Source: Candidatus Doudnabacteria bacterium (GTDB lineage: Bacteria; Patescibacteriota; Doudnabacteria; UBA920; O2-02-FULL-48-8). From it: 64,000 nucleotides of DNA. Numbering within the stretch: position 1 is the first letter of the stretch; each line of letters begins with the position of its first letter. The position numbers were made by a program, and so were the translations under genes. Under the pieces are notes generated by a model, which saw only the letters and a list, made by a program, of their open reading frames with translations, made no database searches and was not told the DNA's origin. Of the stretch, positions 30,518 through 40,397 are shown in pieces. Location of the stretch: the NCBI GenBank assembly GCA_016182875.1, contig JACPFQ010000010.1, positions 1,268 through 65,267 of the forward strand. The letters run 5' to 3'.

Positions 30518-31792
30518 CTATTTAATTTTCCTCACCAGTCTCGACTCGTCTTTAGGCTTTTTATTCAAGACGAGGCGGACAATCCCCTTGTTGGCGTCGA
30601 CTTCGACCAAGTCTCCGTCCTTGAAAATCTTGGTCGCGAACTTAGTGCCGATGACGCAGGGTTTTTTCAGCTCTCTGGAAACAATTGCCGCATGGCAAAG
30701 CATGCCGCCTTCGTCCGTGACAATCGCGGAGGCTTTTTTAATTGCCGGTAACCATTGCGGGCGGGTCATGGAGGTAACAATAATTGATTTGTTCTTTACT
30801 GCTTTTATATTTTTAGCAGTCATCAAGATAACAACCTTTCCACTAGCTTTACCCGCTTGGGCAGTCGTCCCAGACAAAGTGTTGATTTTTGAAGAAATAT
30901 TTCCTTGCGGCCCTAACTCTTTCGCAGCGATTTTCTGTGCCTCTCTCCCGGAATACAGTAACCAGGTTTGATTCTTTAAAACTAAAACGTAAAAGCTTCT
31001 TCGCTTTTTTACTTCAACTTGGAGTAACTTCCAACTCCTCTTTACGCTTTGCAAGATTTCTTCAGGCCGATACCAGACCAGGTCTTTTTTTGGAATTTCG
31101 TTTTGTCTCACGATTTTTTCTAAAAATTTTTGGAATTTCGGAAAAGAATATTTAGTAGTTACTAATTCAGCAACTTCGTGCAAATAAAACCGCCATTCAA
31201 AATATTTTATTAATTCTTTAAACGCGGTCGAAGGCTTGAGCTTGTTTAACAATCTTAGCTTTTTCTCTACTAGCGCCTTATCCGGATGAAAAAACTCCTC
31301 AAGGTTGCTTGCGTTTATTACAGGATAAACAAGGGTAGCAAATAGCTCGTCACTTGTTCCATATCCAAATTTCAAAAGTTCTTTTTTCAACAGCAGCTCG
31401 AGCTCTGGCTGAGGTATGCAGTACGCCACTATCGCCCTTGCCTGGATATAAAGATTAAAATAATTTTTCAAAGATTCTATAATTTGATCTGGCTGATCTG
31501 GCGGTAACTGCTCGATGTGGTCAGTCAGCCTGATCAGTTGAGTTAATATACTGCAAGAACTCTTAAATAATCTTTTATATACTTTTGTTTTATAATCATT
31601 CTGGATAATTCGTAATTTTTTTGGGATTTCATTTGGTCCGAAATACATAACCGGCAGTTCGTGCTCCGCAACTATTAAAATCTCACCAATGCAATATTTG
31701 GTTCCAGATAAATTTGTGGCATACCCAAGAGTTTTGAGGTAACGCTCAAGCAAAGTTGCCTCCCGAGTAATCATTTTTTTCCAGTAGGTCAT
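30518..31792 (-). CDS. PEP-utilising mobile (phospho-His swivel) domain protein, module 6
   Basis: [16 protein letters not shown]...DGDLVEVDA at C-terminus; unrecognised N-terminal domain. Confidence 0.85.
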   Translation of the reverse strand: MTYWKKMITREATLLERYLKTLGYATNLSGTKYCIGEILIVAEHELPVMYFGPNEIPKKLRIIQNDYKTKVYKRLFKSSCSILTQLIRLTDHIEQLPPDQPDQIIESLKNYFNLYIQARAIVAYCIPQPELELLLKKELLKFGYGTSDELFATLVYPVINASNLEEFFHPDKALVEKKLRLLNKLKPSTAFKELIKYFEWRFYLHEVAELVTTKYSFPKFQKFLEKIVRQNEIPKKDLVWYRPEEILQSVKRSWKLLQVEVKKRRSFYVLVLKNQTWLLYSGREAQKIAAKELGPQGNISSKINTLSGTTAQAGKASGKVVILMTAKNIKAVKNKSIIVTSMTRPQWLPAIKKASAIVTDEGGMLCHAAIVSRELKKPCVIGTKFATKIFKDGDLVEVDANKGIVRLVLNKKPKDESRLVRKIK

Positions 31793-31980
31793 AGTAACAA
31801 CTCTGCCGCTGTCCGAGCCTGTTTCTCTCCTTCACCAGTTAATTCCGCTTCCGCTCCCTCGCCTAGGGCCTGACCGTGCCTGAAAAAATAAGCATTAACT
31901 TCCCGGCCTTTAGGTTCTTCTTCTCTCGCCTCCTTAAATCTCGGCTCTCCCTCTCCCTCTCCAAATTTTCTTTCATTCAT
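31789..31980 (-). pseudogene. Truncated histidine-phosphatase-family N-terminus
   Basis: YFFRHG...LTGEGEKQA then stop; ATGA overlap with module 6. Confidence 0.65.
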
Positions 31981-31997
31981 ATATTAACCTTTCTTAA

Positions 31998-32030
31998 TTA
32001 TTTTATCTTCCTCACAACCCCTCGATTCGC
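31998..32030 (-). pseudogene. Orphan 3' tail of a swivel-domain gene (ANRGVVRKIK-stop)
   Basis: Matches module tails such as [10 protein letters not shown] and ANNGIVRKIK. Confidence 0.65.
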
Positions 32031-32112
32031 CCCTGTACCAGTCCGCCTCAGGCGAACAGTACAGGGCTTCGCTCGCTCTGTGCACTTTAGTACGGTCGTG
32101 TATTAAAGCCTG

Positions 32113-33375
32113 TTAATTTGCTCGTTTAAGTAATTTTACTATTCCCCGCTGCGCATCCACCTCGACCAAATCCCCTGTCTTAAATACTTGTGTCCCTATT
32201 TTGGTCCCTATAATACATGGGATTTTCATTTCCCGGGATACTATCGCTGCATGGGAAGTAATTCCACCTTCATCTGTCACAATGGCTTTAACTTTTTTCA
32301 AATATGGCACGGCTGCGGGCTGGGTTTCTGGAGTAATTAAGATCTCGCCTGATTTGATTCCTGAAAAATTATAGGCATCAGCAACGCGGGCTCGGCCAGT
32401 AACCCTACCTTTATTTGCAATTAACCCCGCAATTTTGGAAGTTCTACCGTTTAAATCCTGGATTGATTTTTTAAAGTCTTGAAGTTTGGGTCCAACAATA
32501 ATCTTAACTCCTTGAGACGCAAACATTAAACCGTAATCTTTCTGTCGCAATTTCAGAATTCTGCGATTAAACTTTCCGGAAATTAACTCTTCTGGGGTCA
32601 ATTGCCTGGCTGCTTCGTAACTTAATCCCTGAGCTTTTTTCATTAGCAAAGGTTTGAAATAATAGAAAAATTCACTAATTTTATACAGCCGCCAGTCACG
32701 GAAATGAATATATTCCTGCGCCATTGCAACTAATCGATCAATGCGAGGATTAATCTTTGTTTTTTGTGATTGCACGGCCTTAATTTGATTTTTCTTTGCT
32801 GATTTCCAATCAGCCTTGAATGTTTCGTAAGTCAACGGAGTTATGTCCATAACGTAAGAATTTATCCATGCATAATTTATGAATACCTTTTTAAATACTT
32901 CTGGGTTTGGCTTCTTAACTGCGCGCAAAGCTTGTTGGTATTTTTGGCGCATTAAGGGTTTCTTGCCAAGAGGAACTTTCTCAATTACCGGTTTGAGCTC
33001 TTCATTAATAACCAAATCAATCATAATCGGCAAATAGGTAGCTTGAAATGCCAAAGCCGCTTGATCGAATATCTGTTTGAGGTTTTGCTTGGTAGCATGT
33101 TTGGTATGCTTTGTGATGACGATAAGCTTTTCTGAATCACCTTTCATCTTTTTCAAGGCCCGATATGGCCAATCCGTCCCAAGTTTTTTTTTGATAGCTT
33201 GTAAAAGTAATTTAAGCTCTCGTTCTTCCACCCATAAACTACCCGAATGTCTAGCCCAATGTTTGAGATTGGGCAGACCAAAATAATCGCCGAATTCGCG
33301 TCGTAATGATTCCATAACCCAATAAACATACAAAATCGGATGATTACCGCGAGTAAAAAATCTTATCCATTTCAT
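32113..33375 (-). CDS. PEP-utilising mobile domain protein, module 5
   Basis: [16 protein letters not shown]. Confidence 0.85.
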   Translation of the reverse strand: MKWIRFFTRGNHPILYVYWVMESLRREFGDYFGLPNLKHWARHSGSLWVEERELKLLLQAIKKKLGTDWPYRALKKMKGDSEKLIVITKHTKHATKQNLKQIFDQAALAFQATYLPIMIDLVINEELKPVIEKVPLGKKPLMRQKYQQALRAVKKPNPEVFKKVFINYAWINSYVMDITPLTYETFKADWKSAKKNQIKAVQSQKTKINPRIDRLVAMAQEYIHFRDWRLYKISEFFYYFKPLLMKKAQGLSYEAARQLTPEELISGKFNRRILKLRQKDYGLMFASQGVKIIVGPKLQDFKKSIQDLNGRTSKIAGLIANKGRVTGRARVADAYNFSGIKSGEILITPETQPAAVPYLKKVKAIVTDEGGITSHAAIVSREMKIPCIIGTKIGTQVFKTGDLVEVDAQRGIVKLLKRAN

Positions 33376-33626
33376 TTTATTTTCCTCACAATCCCATTAT
33401 TCGCATCGACTTCCACCAAATCGCCGTCTTTTAATCTTTTATATTTACTATTCCTGTAAATCAAGCGGACTTTCGCGGTATCCTGTGTAATCCACTTTTG
33501 TTCTTCTTTCGTCTTGTAATACTTCTTGTTTGCGTAAAAATGACCGAAAATTTTAGCCTGTCCTTGTTTTCGATCAAAGTATATTTCCGCCAACTTATTA
33601 TTAACCATTGCAAAACACCACGGCAT
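33372..33626 (-). CDS. Chimeric small ORF ending in a swivel-domain tail
   Basis: Unrelated N-terminus joined to [19 protein letters not shown]. Confidence 0.6.
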   Translation of the reverse strand: MPWCFAMVNNKLAEIYFDRKQGQAKIFGHFYANKKYYKTKEEQKWITQDTAKVRLIYRNSKYKRLKDGDLVEVDANNGIVRKIK

Positions 33627-33638
33627 AGATATTTTTTA

Positions 33639-34055
33639 TTATTTTGTTAGATACTTATTCAAAAAATCACCTGGCAAAAGAATGGGAAACGACACGGCTC
33701 CCATCACCCTGGGCTGGATAAAATGCTTACGGTCTAAAGTTATAAAAAAATCGCAATTGGCTTTCATGGCCGCAGCAAGAATTACTGCATCAAATACATT
33801 GATTAATTTTTTAGCTTTTAAGATTGTTTTTTTATCTGGCTGGATTAAAACCGCATGCACAGAATCAAACAAAGCTAAAAAACTTTGAACTTTAACGGGA
33901 TATTTCTCGTTCAAATTCCTGGTAACTTCCTCGAAAACATCTGGCGAGCTGATTACCGGAAGCCTCTTATTTATGACTTGGCGAATAATTTCGGCTGACG
34001 CGCCTTGTTCAGAAAGACTCGCCGCTATCCAAACACTACTGTCTAAGAAAATCAT
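33639..34055 (-). CDS. PIN-domain toxin (VapC-like)
   Basis: IFLDSSV, E, DAVILAAA, FITLDRKHF. Confidence 0.85.
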   Translation of the reverse strand: MIFLDSSVWIAASLSEQGASAEIIRQVINKRLPVISSPDVFEEVTRNLNEKYPVKVQSFLALFDSVHAVLIQPDKKTILKAKKLINVFDAVILAAAMKANCDFFITLDRKHFIQPRVMGAVSFPILLPGDFLNKYLTK

Positions 34056-34057
34056 CT

Positions 34058-34330
34058 TTATTTAAAAAGATAAGGATAGCGTTCTTTTACCAATTCCGAT
34101 CGAATTCGCCTATAATCTTTTTCAATTTTTTTCCATAACCGGGCATCTTCTTTTTCGAGCTGAAGTAATTTTTTCTTTGGGATTTTTTTGCTTGCTTCTT
34201 CCAAATAACGGCGCAGTGCCGTGCGTAAAAGTTCTGAACGGGTCATATTCTGCTTTTGGGCTATTTTTTCCGATTCCCGCAGCATTTGAGGCGGTAGGGA
34301 AATAGTGACTAACGACGTATTACGCTTCAT
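34058..34330 (-). CDS. Ribbon-helix-helix (CopG-like) antitoxin
   Basis: VTISLP...TRSELLRTALRRYL. Confidence 0.85.
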   Translation of the reverse strand: MKRNTSLVTISLPPQMLRESEKIAQKQNMTRSELLRTALRRYLEEASKKIPKKKLLQLEKEDARLWKKIEKDYRRIRSELVKERYPYLFK

Positions 34331-34339
34331 ATAATTTAT

Positions 34340-34389
34340 ATGTTAATACTAAGTATTAACATTGTACTTAGCTAATTTATAGCTGTCAA
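34340..34389 (-). promoter_or_regulatory. TA promoter with palindromic operator
   Basis: TTGACA-17-TACAAT; ATGTTAATACT-A-AGTATTAACAT palindrome at 34340-34362. Confidence 0.7.
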
Positions 34390-34424
34390 TATGCCTTTTC
34401 TATAACCTATTATATCTAAAATTA

Positions 34425-35873
34425 TCATCTGCCAACTTTTCTGACAATCCCCTTACTAGCATCGACCTCGACCAAATCCCCATCTTTGAGGACTTTGGTT
34501 GCTATTTTGGTGCCGACGATGCAAGGAACGCCCAGCTCGCGGGAAACTACCGCCGCATGAGACATTAGTCCGCCGACATCAGTGACAATTGCTTTAGCCT
34601 TGCGCATAGCAACTATATAGTCGGGTGAGGTCATGGGGGCGACCAAGATTTCTCCGGGTTTCATGTATTGGGCAAATTTCGGTGAATGCAGAATCCTAGT
34701 CCGCCCGCTAACCTTCTGTCCTGAATTAAAAGCCACTATTCCTTGGACTTCTTTGCCAGCATTTATTTCTTTCTTCGATTCCAAAGCCTTGAGGAAATCT
34801 TTTACTTTTTTGCCGTAAAAAAATCTGTAATCCTTGGGTGTTACCAAAATCATCGTCGAATTTTTCCTGTGCTTAAGTACGCGAGGACTGACCTTGGCCC
34901 CGGTTTGGAATAACCTTAACCACTCGGCGCAATCATAATACATCAACTGGTCAATGCTTAGGCCAAAAACCGGGCTGGCGAATTTATTAAACCTATCAAT
35001 GACATTGTGGGCCCGCCAGCTGGTGGCCTTGCGGTGGTCCTGCCACCAGATAGAAAAAGAAATATTACGCGCAGCGGCGACCAAGCTTTTTGGAACGTGA
35101 TATTTTTTTATAACTTGTCTTTTTCTTTTGGCGATCTCGCGGCGCGATGCCAAAATGTTTTGTATTTTTTCCTTCAGCTGCTGTTTGGAAAGCCTGCTCA
35201 CTTGCCTTAAAAAATATGTGTCGGGAAGGATTTGCGCTGTATAATAGCTATTTTCCACCCAATACCATTTGGAGGCGTAAACTTTCAATTTGGCGCGCAA
35301 GCCCTTTTTATTTTTAGCCGCTAAGGCAGTTTGGAGCAATTCCAGTTCGCTTTGTTGATGGAAGCTTGGTTTTGGAGAGGCCATAAGTATGCCAACTGTT
35401 TCTTCCATCTCGCTTGCTGGAACAAGGCCGCGAAGTTTCCTGCTTAAATATTCAGGTGAGGCAAAATTAGCCAGTTCTTGAACTAAAGCATAAACCCAAA
35501 GTTGAATCAAATAACGGTAAAATTTTTCAACGTAAGGCCTAAGCTGCTCAATATTTTTAAAGTTAGTGACATGCGATATCTCTCTTTTAAATTTTCTAAG
35601 GTTAAGCACATTGTCCCAGTACTTTTTCCACAAAATTTTCATTTTCCCAGTGGGAATAATCCAGCGATTCAGCGCGACCTCACCCCTTTTTTGCATCTCT
35701 GCTTTCTCCCAATAATACGCCATCTTGTCGTGGCCATAAATCCCGACATAAGTGGGCCAGGGCGCTTTGAATTTCATGCCGCTTGTGGCATTGGCCACTA
35801 TCCAAAACGACGGATACAAAAGCCTCCCATCTATTGGGCCCCACTGGTCAATTTCTTTTTTATGGTTAAGCAT
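34425..35873 (-). CDS. PEP-utilising mobile domain protein, module 4
   Basis: MTSPDY, TDVGGLMSHAAVVSRE. Confidence 0.85.
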   Translation of the reverse strand: MLNHKKEIDQWGPIDGRLLYPSFWIVANATSGMKFKAPWPTYVGIYGHDKMAYYWEKAEMQKRGEVALNRWIIPTGKMKILWKKYWDNVLNLRKFKREISHVTNFKNIEQLRPYVEKFYRYLIQLWVYALVQELANFASPEYLSRKLRGLVPASEMEETVGILMASPKPSFHQQSELELLQTALAAKNKKGLRAKLKVYASKWYWVENSYYTAQILPDTYFLRQVSRLSKQQLKEKIQNILASRREIAKRKRQVIKKYHVPKSLVAAARNISFSIWWQDHRKATSWRAHNVIDRFNKFASPVFGLSIDQLMYYDCAEWLRLFQTGAKVSPRVLKHRKNSTMILVTPKDYRFFYGKKVKDFLKALESKKEINAGKEVQGIVAFNSGQKVSGRTRILHSPKFAQYMKPGEILVAPMTSPDYIVAMRKAKAIVTDVGGLMSHAAVVSRELGVPCIVGTKIATKVLKDGDLVEVDASKGIVRKVGR

Positions 35874-35876
35874 GTG

Positions 35877-36743
35877 TTATTTACCCAGTCTAGCTTTTAA
35901 CCATTCCGTAATTTGTTGAGAAAATTGCGGCCATTCTGACTCTAGCATCAGCAAGTGCCCTGCTTTCATTTCGAGATAATCTCCTCTTAAAAACCTCGCT
36001 AGTTCCTGGCACTGCTGCGGGGAAACACGGTTGTCATCCGAAGCCCCAACAACTAAAATAGGACATTTTATTTTTTCCGGATTGATTGAAGGAGGTTTGC
36101 TATAAGCTTCAAAACGAGCCTGGTGTGACTCAAATCCCAACATTGGCTTGTATTTTTCATCATAGGCTGCTTCAAAGTCAGACGGAACCCGATCGCCAAA
36201 CCAGCTTAAAAAACTCGCTTTATCTCTTTTTATCATATCTCCCCTTGCAATTAATTCTTGAACTTTTGCTTCTTCTTCGGGAGTTGGCGCTTTCATCGGA
36301 AACTGAGATGGGAGTCCGGGTGTAAGCAAAATCAATGCGGCTGGCTTTTGGTCAGCGGCTTGCTCCATTGCAGTCAAGCCGCCGGCGCTACGGCCTACCA
36401 ATACTTGTTGATTGTAATTTAAGCCTTGCTGTGTTAAATCTTCACGCGCCCTGCGGATATCTTCGTTAAAATCCACCATGCTTCTACCTGCGAATTCTGC
36501 ATTAGGAAGTTCGCCCAGCCGCCCTTTAAGATTAACTGACATTGAATCAAAGCCATTGCGCCCGAAACTTTCCAAAACGGGCAGGCCACTTTTTGCAGTA
36601 AGACCTGATCCGGGAATGAAAATGGCAGTCTCCAGATAAAGTTTGGGCTCTGCTGGCAAAAATTCTGCTCTTAATCCGCCTACAATGATTTCTCTCGTAG
36701 GAATTTTGGGAGCATCAAATCGCCCGGAATCTTCTATGCTCAT
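35877..36743 (-). CDS. Alpha/beta hydrolase
   Basis: GRSAGG nucleophile elbow, D..V, GH. Confidence 0.8.
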   Translation of the reverse strand: MSIEDSGRFDAPKIPTREIIVGGLRAEFLPAEPKLYLETAIFIPGSGLTAKSGLPVLESFGRNGFDSMSVNLKGRLGELPNAEFAGRSMVDFNEDIRRAREDLTQQGLNYNQQVLVGRSAGGLTAMEQAADQKPAALILLTPGLPSQFPMKAPTPEEEAKVQELIARGDMIKRDKASFLSWFGDRVPSDFEAAYDEKYKPMLGFESHQARFEAYSKPPSINPEKIKCPILVVGASDDNRVSPQQCQELARFLRGDYLEMKAGHLLMLESEWPQFSQQITEWLKARLGK

Positions 36744-37735
36744 TCTTTCTTTTCAAACCTACTCTTTGCTACTTCAGCTAACTCTCTAACTTTTTGCCAG
36801 TCCAAATAAACTCTTTTGCCTTTAAATAATTTGGCCCGCTCAGGGTCTGTAAACTCAAACTCCGCTTTGGTGTCTTTGTCAAAATCATCTAAGCTTCGCG
36901 GATCGCCCATTCTGGTGTCGCGGGAAAGTTTGATGCGAAACGCTGTGGCCTGTTTGGTGAACCCGCCGATTTCGTCCACGTCATCAAAGCCGACTTTCCG
37001 CTCCCCGGTTTGCGGATCTTCTACGACCAAAGCCTGTTTATACAAAGATTCCGCAAACAGTCCGCTGCCGACTATGGGAATCGCTTTTGACTCACCGCCC
37101 TTCACGCCTCTTCTGGAAAGCTCAATTGCGTGCATCAACTCATTGGCTTCGTTTTCGGCCAAAGGACGGGCAATATCTTCATTGGCTAGCGCTTCTCGCA
37201 ATCCTACTATTTGCGCCTTTTCCCTATTTGCGGCTCGAAATTCCGCGTCAGATTTGAATCTTTCCTGGTCCTCCGGCGACAACTCTAAAACCAAACGATT
37301 GAGCTTAGTGTTGATCAAATCTTTGTATTGCTTCAACACCGGATTTAGGCCAGCGCCAGCATAATCAACGCCTTTGCCGCGCCTTGCTCCTTTTACTTTG
37401 CCGGTTTTGCCTTTGACCGGTGAGGCGTCTTCTCGCTCACCGAACTTTTCACTCCCGGCCAATATATCTTCTCCGGTTTCACCATGTCTGGGCTCATCTC
37501 CTCCCCGAGGATGAACCAAAGTCACTTCTTCGGGATAATTAGCCGCCCCATACTCTTTTGCTCGGGACTTGCCCACAGGCGTTAAGTCCGTAGGGTCATC
37601 AAACTTTTGCCGGCTGCCATCGGCAAAGGTGATATCCATCGGCCCGCCGAACCTACTGCCGTGGCGCGTAAGGTCGATGTAGGTCGTCGCGATAAACTGT
37701 TTCTCCTCCTCAAGATTGCGCATTTCTTCATTCAT
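36740..37735 (-). CDS. Histidine-phosphatase-superfamily-like protein (divergent)
   Basis: LTRHG and LTPVG motifs. Confidence 0.5.
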   Translation of the reverse strand: MNEEMRNLEEEKQFIATTYIDLTRHGSRFGGPMDITFADGSRQKFDDPTDLTPVGKSRAKEYGAANYPEEVTLVHPRGGDEPRHGETGEDILAGSEKFGEREDASPVKGKTGKVKGARRGKGVDYAGAGLNPVLKQYKDLINTKLNRLVLELSPEDQERFKSDAEFRAANREKAQIVGLREALANEDIARPLAENEANELMHAIELSRRGVKGGESKAIPIVGSGLFAESLYKQALVVEDPQTGERKVGFDDVDEIGGFTKQATAFRIKLSRDTRMGDPRSLDDFDKDTKAEFEFTDPERAKLFKGKRVYLDWQKVRELAEVAKSRFEKKE

Positions 37736-38322
37736 AGTTTTTGTAACTCCTTTTTTAATTGTTCAACATTTTTATAAATTAGAATTTTCATTGCCAATTG
37801 CTCGGCACCCTCGATTCTGTCCGGACGATCATCGATATACAAAGCTTCGCTTCCGGAAACGCCGGCTTGTTGGAGTGCATATTCGTAAATTTTCACATCT
37901 GGCTTGCGGATATGCAGATAACTGGATACAGCTTTAATAGTAAAAATTTCACCCCAATGATACTGCTGCCAAAAATAATCAAACCATTCTTTGGGATTAT
38001 TGGAAATAACGCCCAGGGTGAAGCGGCTCTTGAGAACCGCCAAGAATCCCAGCAGTTCTCTGTTCGGGGAAAAATTTTTAAGAATCAATTTCTTTAAATC
38101 CTCGACGTCCAGCGCTTGCTTGAAGTCTTCCGCAGTTTTTTGAAAGTACTCCTGCTCGCTAATATTGCCCAAAGTGAAGTCCTTCCACCACACTCCATCA
38201 TGAGCTGAAGCGTAAAGCAAGCCAGGTTTAATCCCATGAGCCGCCTCGTATTCCTTAATCCCGGCTGTAAAACCTTCTCTCACTAAAACATTACCGGAAT
38301 CAAAAAAAATTGCCTTGATCAT
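37732..38322 (-). CDS. HAD-superfamily phosphatase
   Basis: FFDSGNVL, ISN, KPD, YIDD. Confidence 0.88.
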   Translation of the reverse strand: MIKAIFFDSGNVLVREGFTAGIKEYEAAHGIKPGLLYASAHDGVWWKDFTLGNISEQEYFQKTAEDFKQALDVEDLKKLILKNFSPNRELLGFLAVLKSRFTLGVISNNPKEWFDYFWQQYHWGEIFTIKAVSSYLHIRKPDVKIYEYALQQAGVSGSEALYIDDRPDRIEGAEQLAMKILIYKNVEQLKKELQKL

Positions 38323-39815
38323 TTTGCTCTTTCCAGAATCCGGACGATTCCTTTTTGCGCATCCACTTCCAGCAAGTCATCGTCGTGGATAATCCGGGTT
38401 CCATTTTGGGTGGCGATGACGCACGGAACTCCCAATTCGCGGGAGACAATCGCGGCATGCGAAGACAAGCCTCCCTGGTCCGCGACAATTGCGACCGCTT
38501 TTTCCATGGCCGGCACAAAATCCGGAGTGGTGAACTGCGCCACCAGGATGTCGCCCCGCTTGACCTTGCCTATTTCATGTTTGTCCAGGCAGACCCTTGC
38601 TCGACCCCGGATCATGCCGCCCAAACACGCCATCCGTCCGTGAATCTCTTCGATTTGCTCAACTTTGACAAAATACTTTTTTTCTAATTTTTTAATTTCG
38701 GCAGGATCAGTAATCAACTTGGTTTCGGCATTCCGCACTACCATGGCGTAATCTTTAAATCTCCTTTGCATCTCAGCGCTATTGGGCAGCGGCTTGCCCC
38801 GGAGTGCGCCAAACATTTCCGGAGTGGAGACTTCCATAATCCAGTCAGGGTTGAATTTGGCTCGTCGGGCGATCTCGGCGTACATGAAGCTTGCGCCATA
38901 ATCGGCGTTGAAAAACGCTTCTACGCGGCGGTTGCGGACGTAGGAATGGAGTTTTGCCTGGCCAATGATCTTTTGGAAATCTTTTTTCGGCCTAATTTTC
39001 TCAATGGCGTCTTTGTAATCGTCCCCGACTTTCTTCTCGGAAGCGAAGTAGATTAGGTCATCAATCGACTGGCCTGCGGAAATTTGCCTTTTTATCTCTT
39101 TGAGCCTGTCAATTATGTCCTTGTAAGAGTAGGGCTTGCTCGTGGCTAGGCCGCGGTTGATGTAGGCAAATTTATCCAGATGCTTTTGAATTTTTTGCTT
39201 AAACTTCGACGGCAAGCTGTTTAAATCAGCTTTGGCTTTGAAAAGTTCTTTGGCCAACAGCGTCAGCTTCCACCGTTCTTCGGCCACGTCGGTCATTTCT
39301 TTGGGATCGGTAAAGACCAATACATAATGGCGAAAATTTGGATTATCGCCTTTGATGCAATCAAGCAATTTTTCCTCAATTGCTTTTTCAAAATATTCAT
39401 CCAACGGGTATTGGGCATACCAAGGGCAGGCCAACTCTCGATACTGCTCCAGCAAATCTTTCAAAACGCCTGCCATGTGTCGGTTGGTTTTGCTCTGCCA
39501 ATCTGTCTTTTTGAGCTCAAAACCCCGATTGTAAAGCTTCTCCGACTTTTTCAACTCGCGCACGCAGTATCTTTCAAACCAGCCGTCATTTTTCTTGGGG
39601 TGCCCGGTTATTTCCGCTTCAAAGGGATTATATTCCTCCGCCGGCCAGTAGATCATGTGGTGCAGGTAAGCTCTGTTGGCCAAAACCGTTCTGATTTGAG
39701 CCTTCGCCGCGTTTTCCGGATTGAACGAAGAGTTAATCATGAAGCGCAAAAAGATCGGAAGCTTGCCCGACGGCTTGATCCTCCATTTGCCCGAATACAT
39801 TACTGCCCCGGCCAT
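38319..39815 (-). CDS. PEP-utilising mobile domain protein, module 3
   Basis: [21 protein letters not shown]. Confidence 0.85.
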   Translation of the reverse strand: MAGAVMYSGKWRIKPSGKLPIFLRFMINSSFNPENAAKAQIRTVLANRAYLHHMIYWPAEEYNPFEAEITGHPKKNDGWFERYCVRELKKSEKLYNRGFELKKTDWQSKTNRHMAGVLKDLLEQYRELACPWYAQYPLDEYFEKAIEEKLLDCIKGDNPNFRHYVLVFTDPKEMTDVAEERWKLTLLAKELFKAKADLNSLPSKFKQKIQKHLDKFAYINRGLATSKPYSYKDIIDRLKEIKRQISAGQSIDDLIYFASEKKVGDDYKDAIEKIRPKKDFQKIIGQAKLHSYVRNRRVEAFFNADYGASFMYAEIARRAKFNPDWIMEVSTPEMFGALRGKPLPNSAEMQRRFKDYAMVVRNAETKLITDPAEIKKLEKKYFVKVEQIEEIHGRMACLGGMIRGRARVCLDKHEIGKVKRGDILVAQFTTPDFVPAMEKAVAIVADQGGLSSHAAIVSRELGVPCVIATQNGTRIIHDDDLLEVDAQKGIVRILERAK

Positions 39816-39818
39816 AAT

Positions 39819-40397
39819 TTAGAATTTAAATTCTTTTGAATGCATTAAAAAATATTTCAATTCTTCGATAAAAGGTTCTGTAAGCCTCATCTTTTTCTCG
39901 TTATAAAGCTGCCAGACTTTTCTTAAATCAAATGCTTTAAAATTCTTAATTTCCTGCCGGTTTGGTTTGACTTGTCCGTCATGTTTCCCAATGTACCAAT
40001 ATACCATTATTCCGCCGATTGATAAACCAGGCATCGGAATAATCTTTATCAGTTTAAGAGGAACCTGAATGCCTAACTCTTCCTTCAACTCCCTCAAAGC
40101 ATCGGCCAAAATCTGTTTTTTTGTTCGTGCGCCCGACCTTACAAATCCGGAGCATGCTGATTGCCAATGAAGCGGCTGGATGTCTTTCGTTCGGCTTCTT
40201 TGCTGGAGCCAAAATTTTCCCTGCGAGTTTTTTAGCCAGATGTGGGCTGAGCGGCGCATCAATTTCCGGTTCTGCAAGAATTTTTTTCTCGTAGCCCTGC
40301 CAATGACCTTATTGCGCAAATTCACGATATCGTGCAGCTCACCCATCGGGTCAGAGCTGTCTTTGAGATTAATCAGTTTTACTCTCTTTAATTTCAT
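39819..40397 (-). CDS. NUDIX hydrolase (IDI/YfcD-like)
   Basis: LQQRSRTKD, ALRELKEELGI. Confidence 0.8.
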   Translation of the reverse strand: MKLKRVKLINLKDSSDPMGELHDIVNLRNKVIGRATRKKFLQNRKLMRRSAHIWLKNSQGKFWLQQRSRTKDIQPLHWQSACSGFVRSGARTKKQILADALRELKEELGIQVPLKLIKIIPMPGLSIGGIMVYWYIGKHDGQVKPNRQEIKNFKAFDLRKVWQLYNEKKMRLTEPFIEELKYFLMHSKEFKF

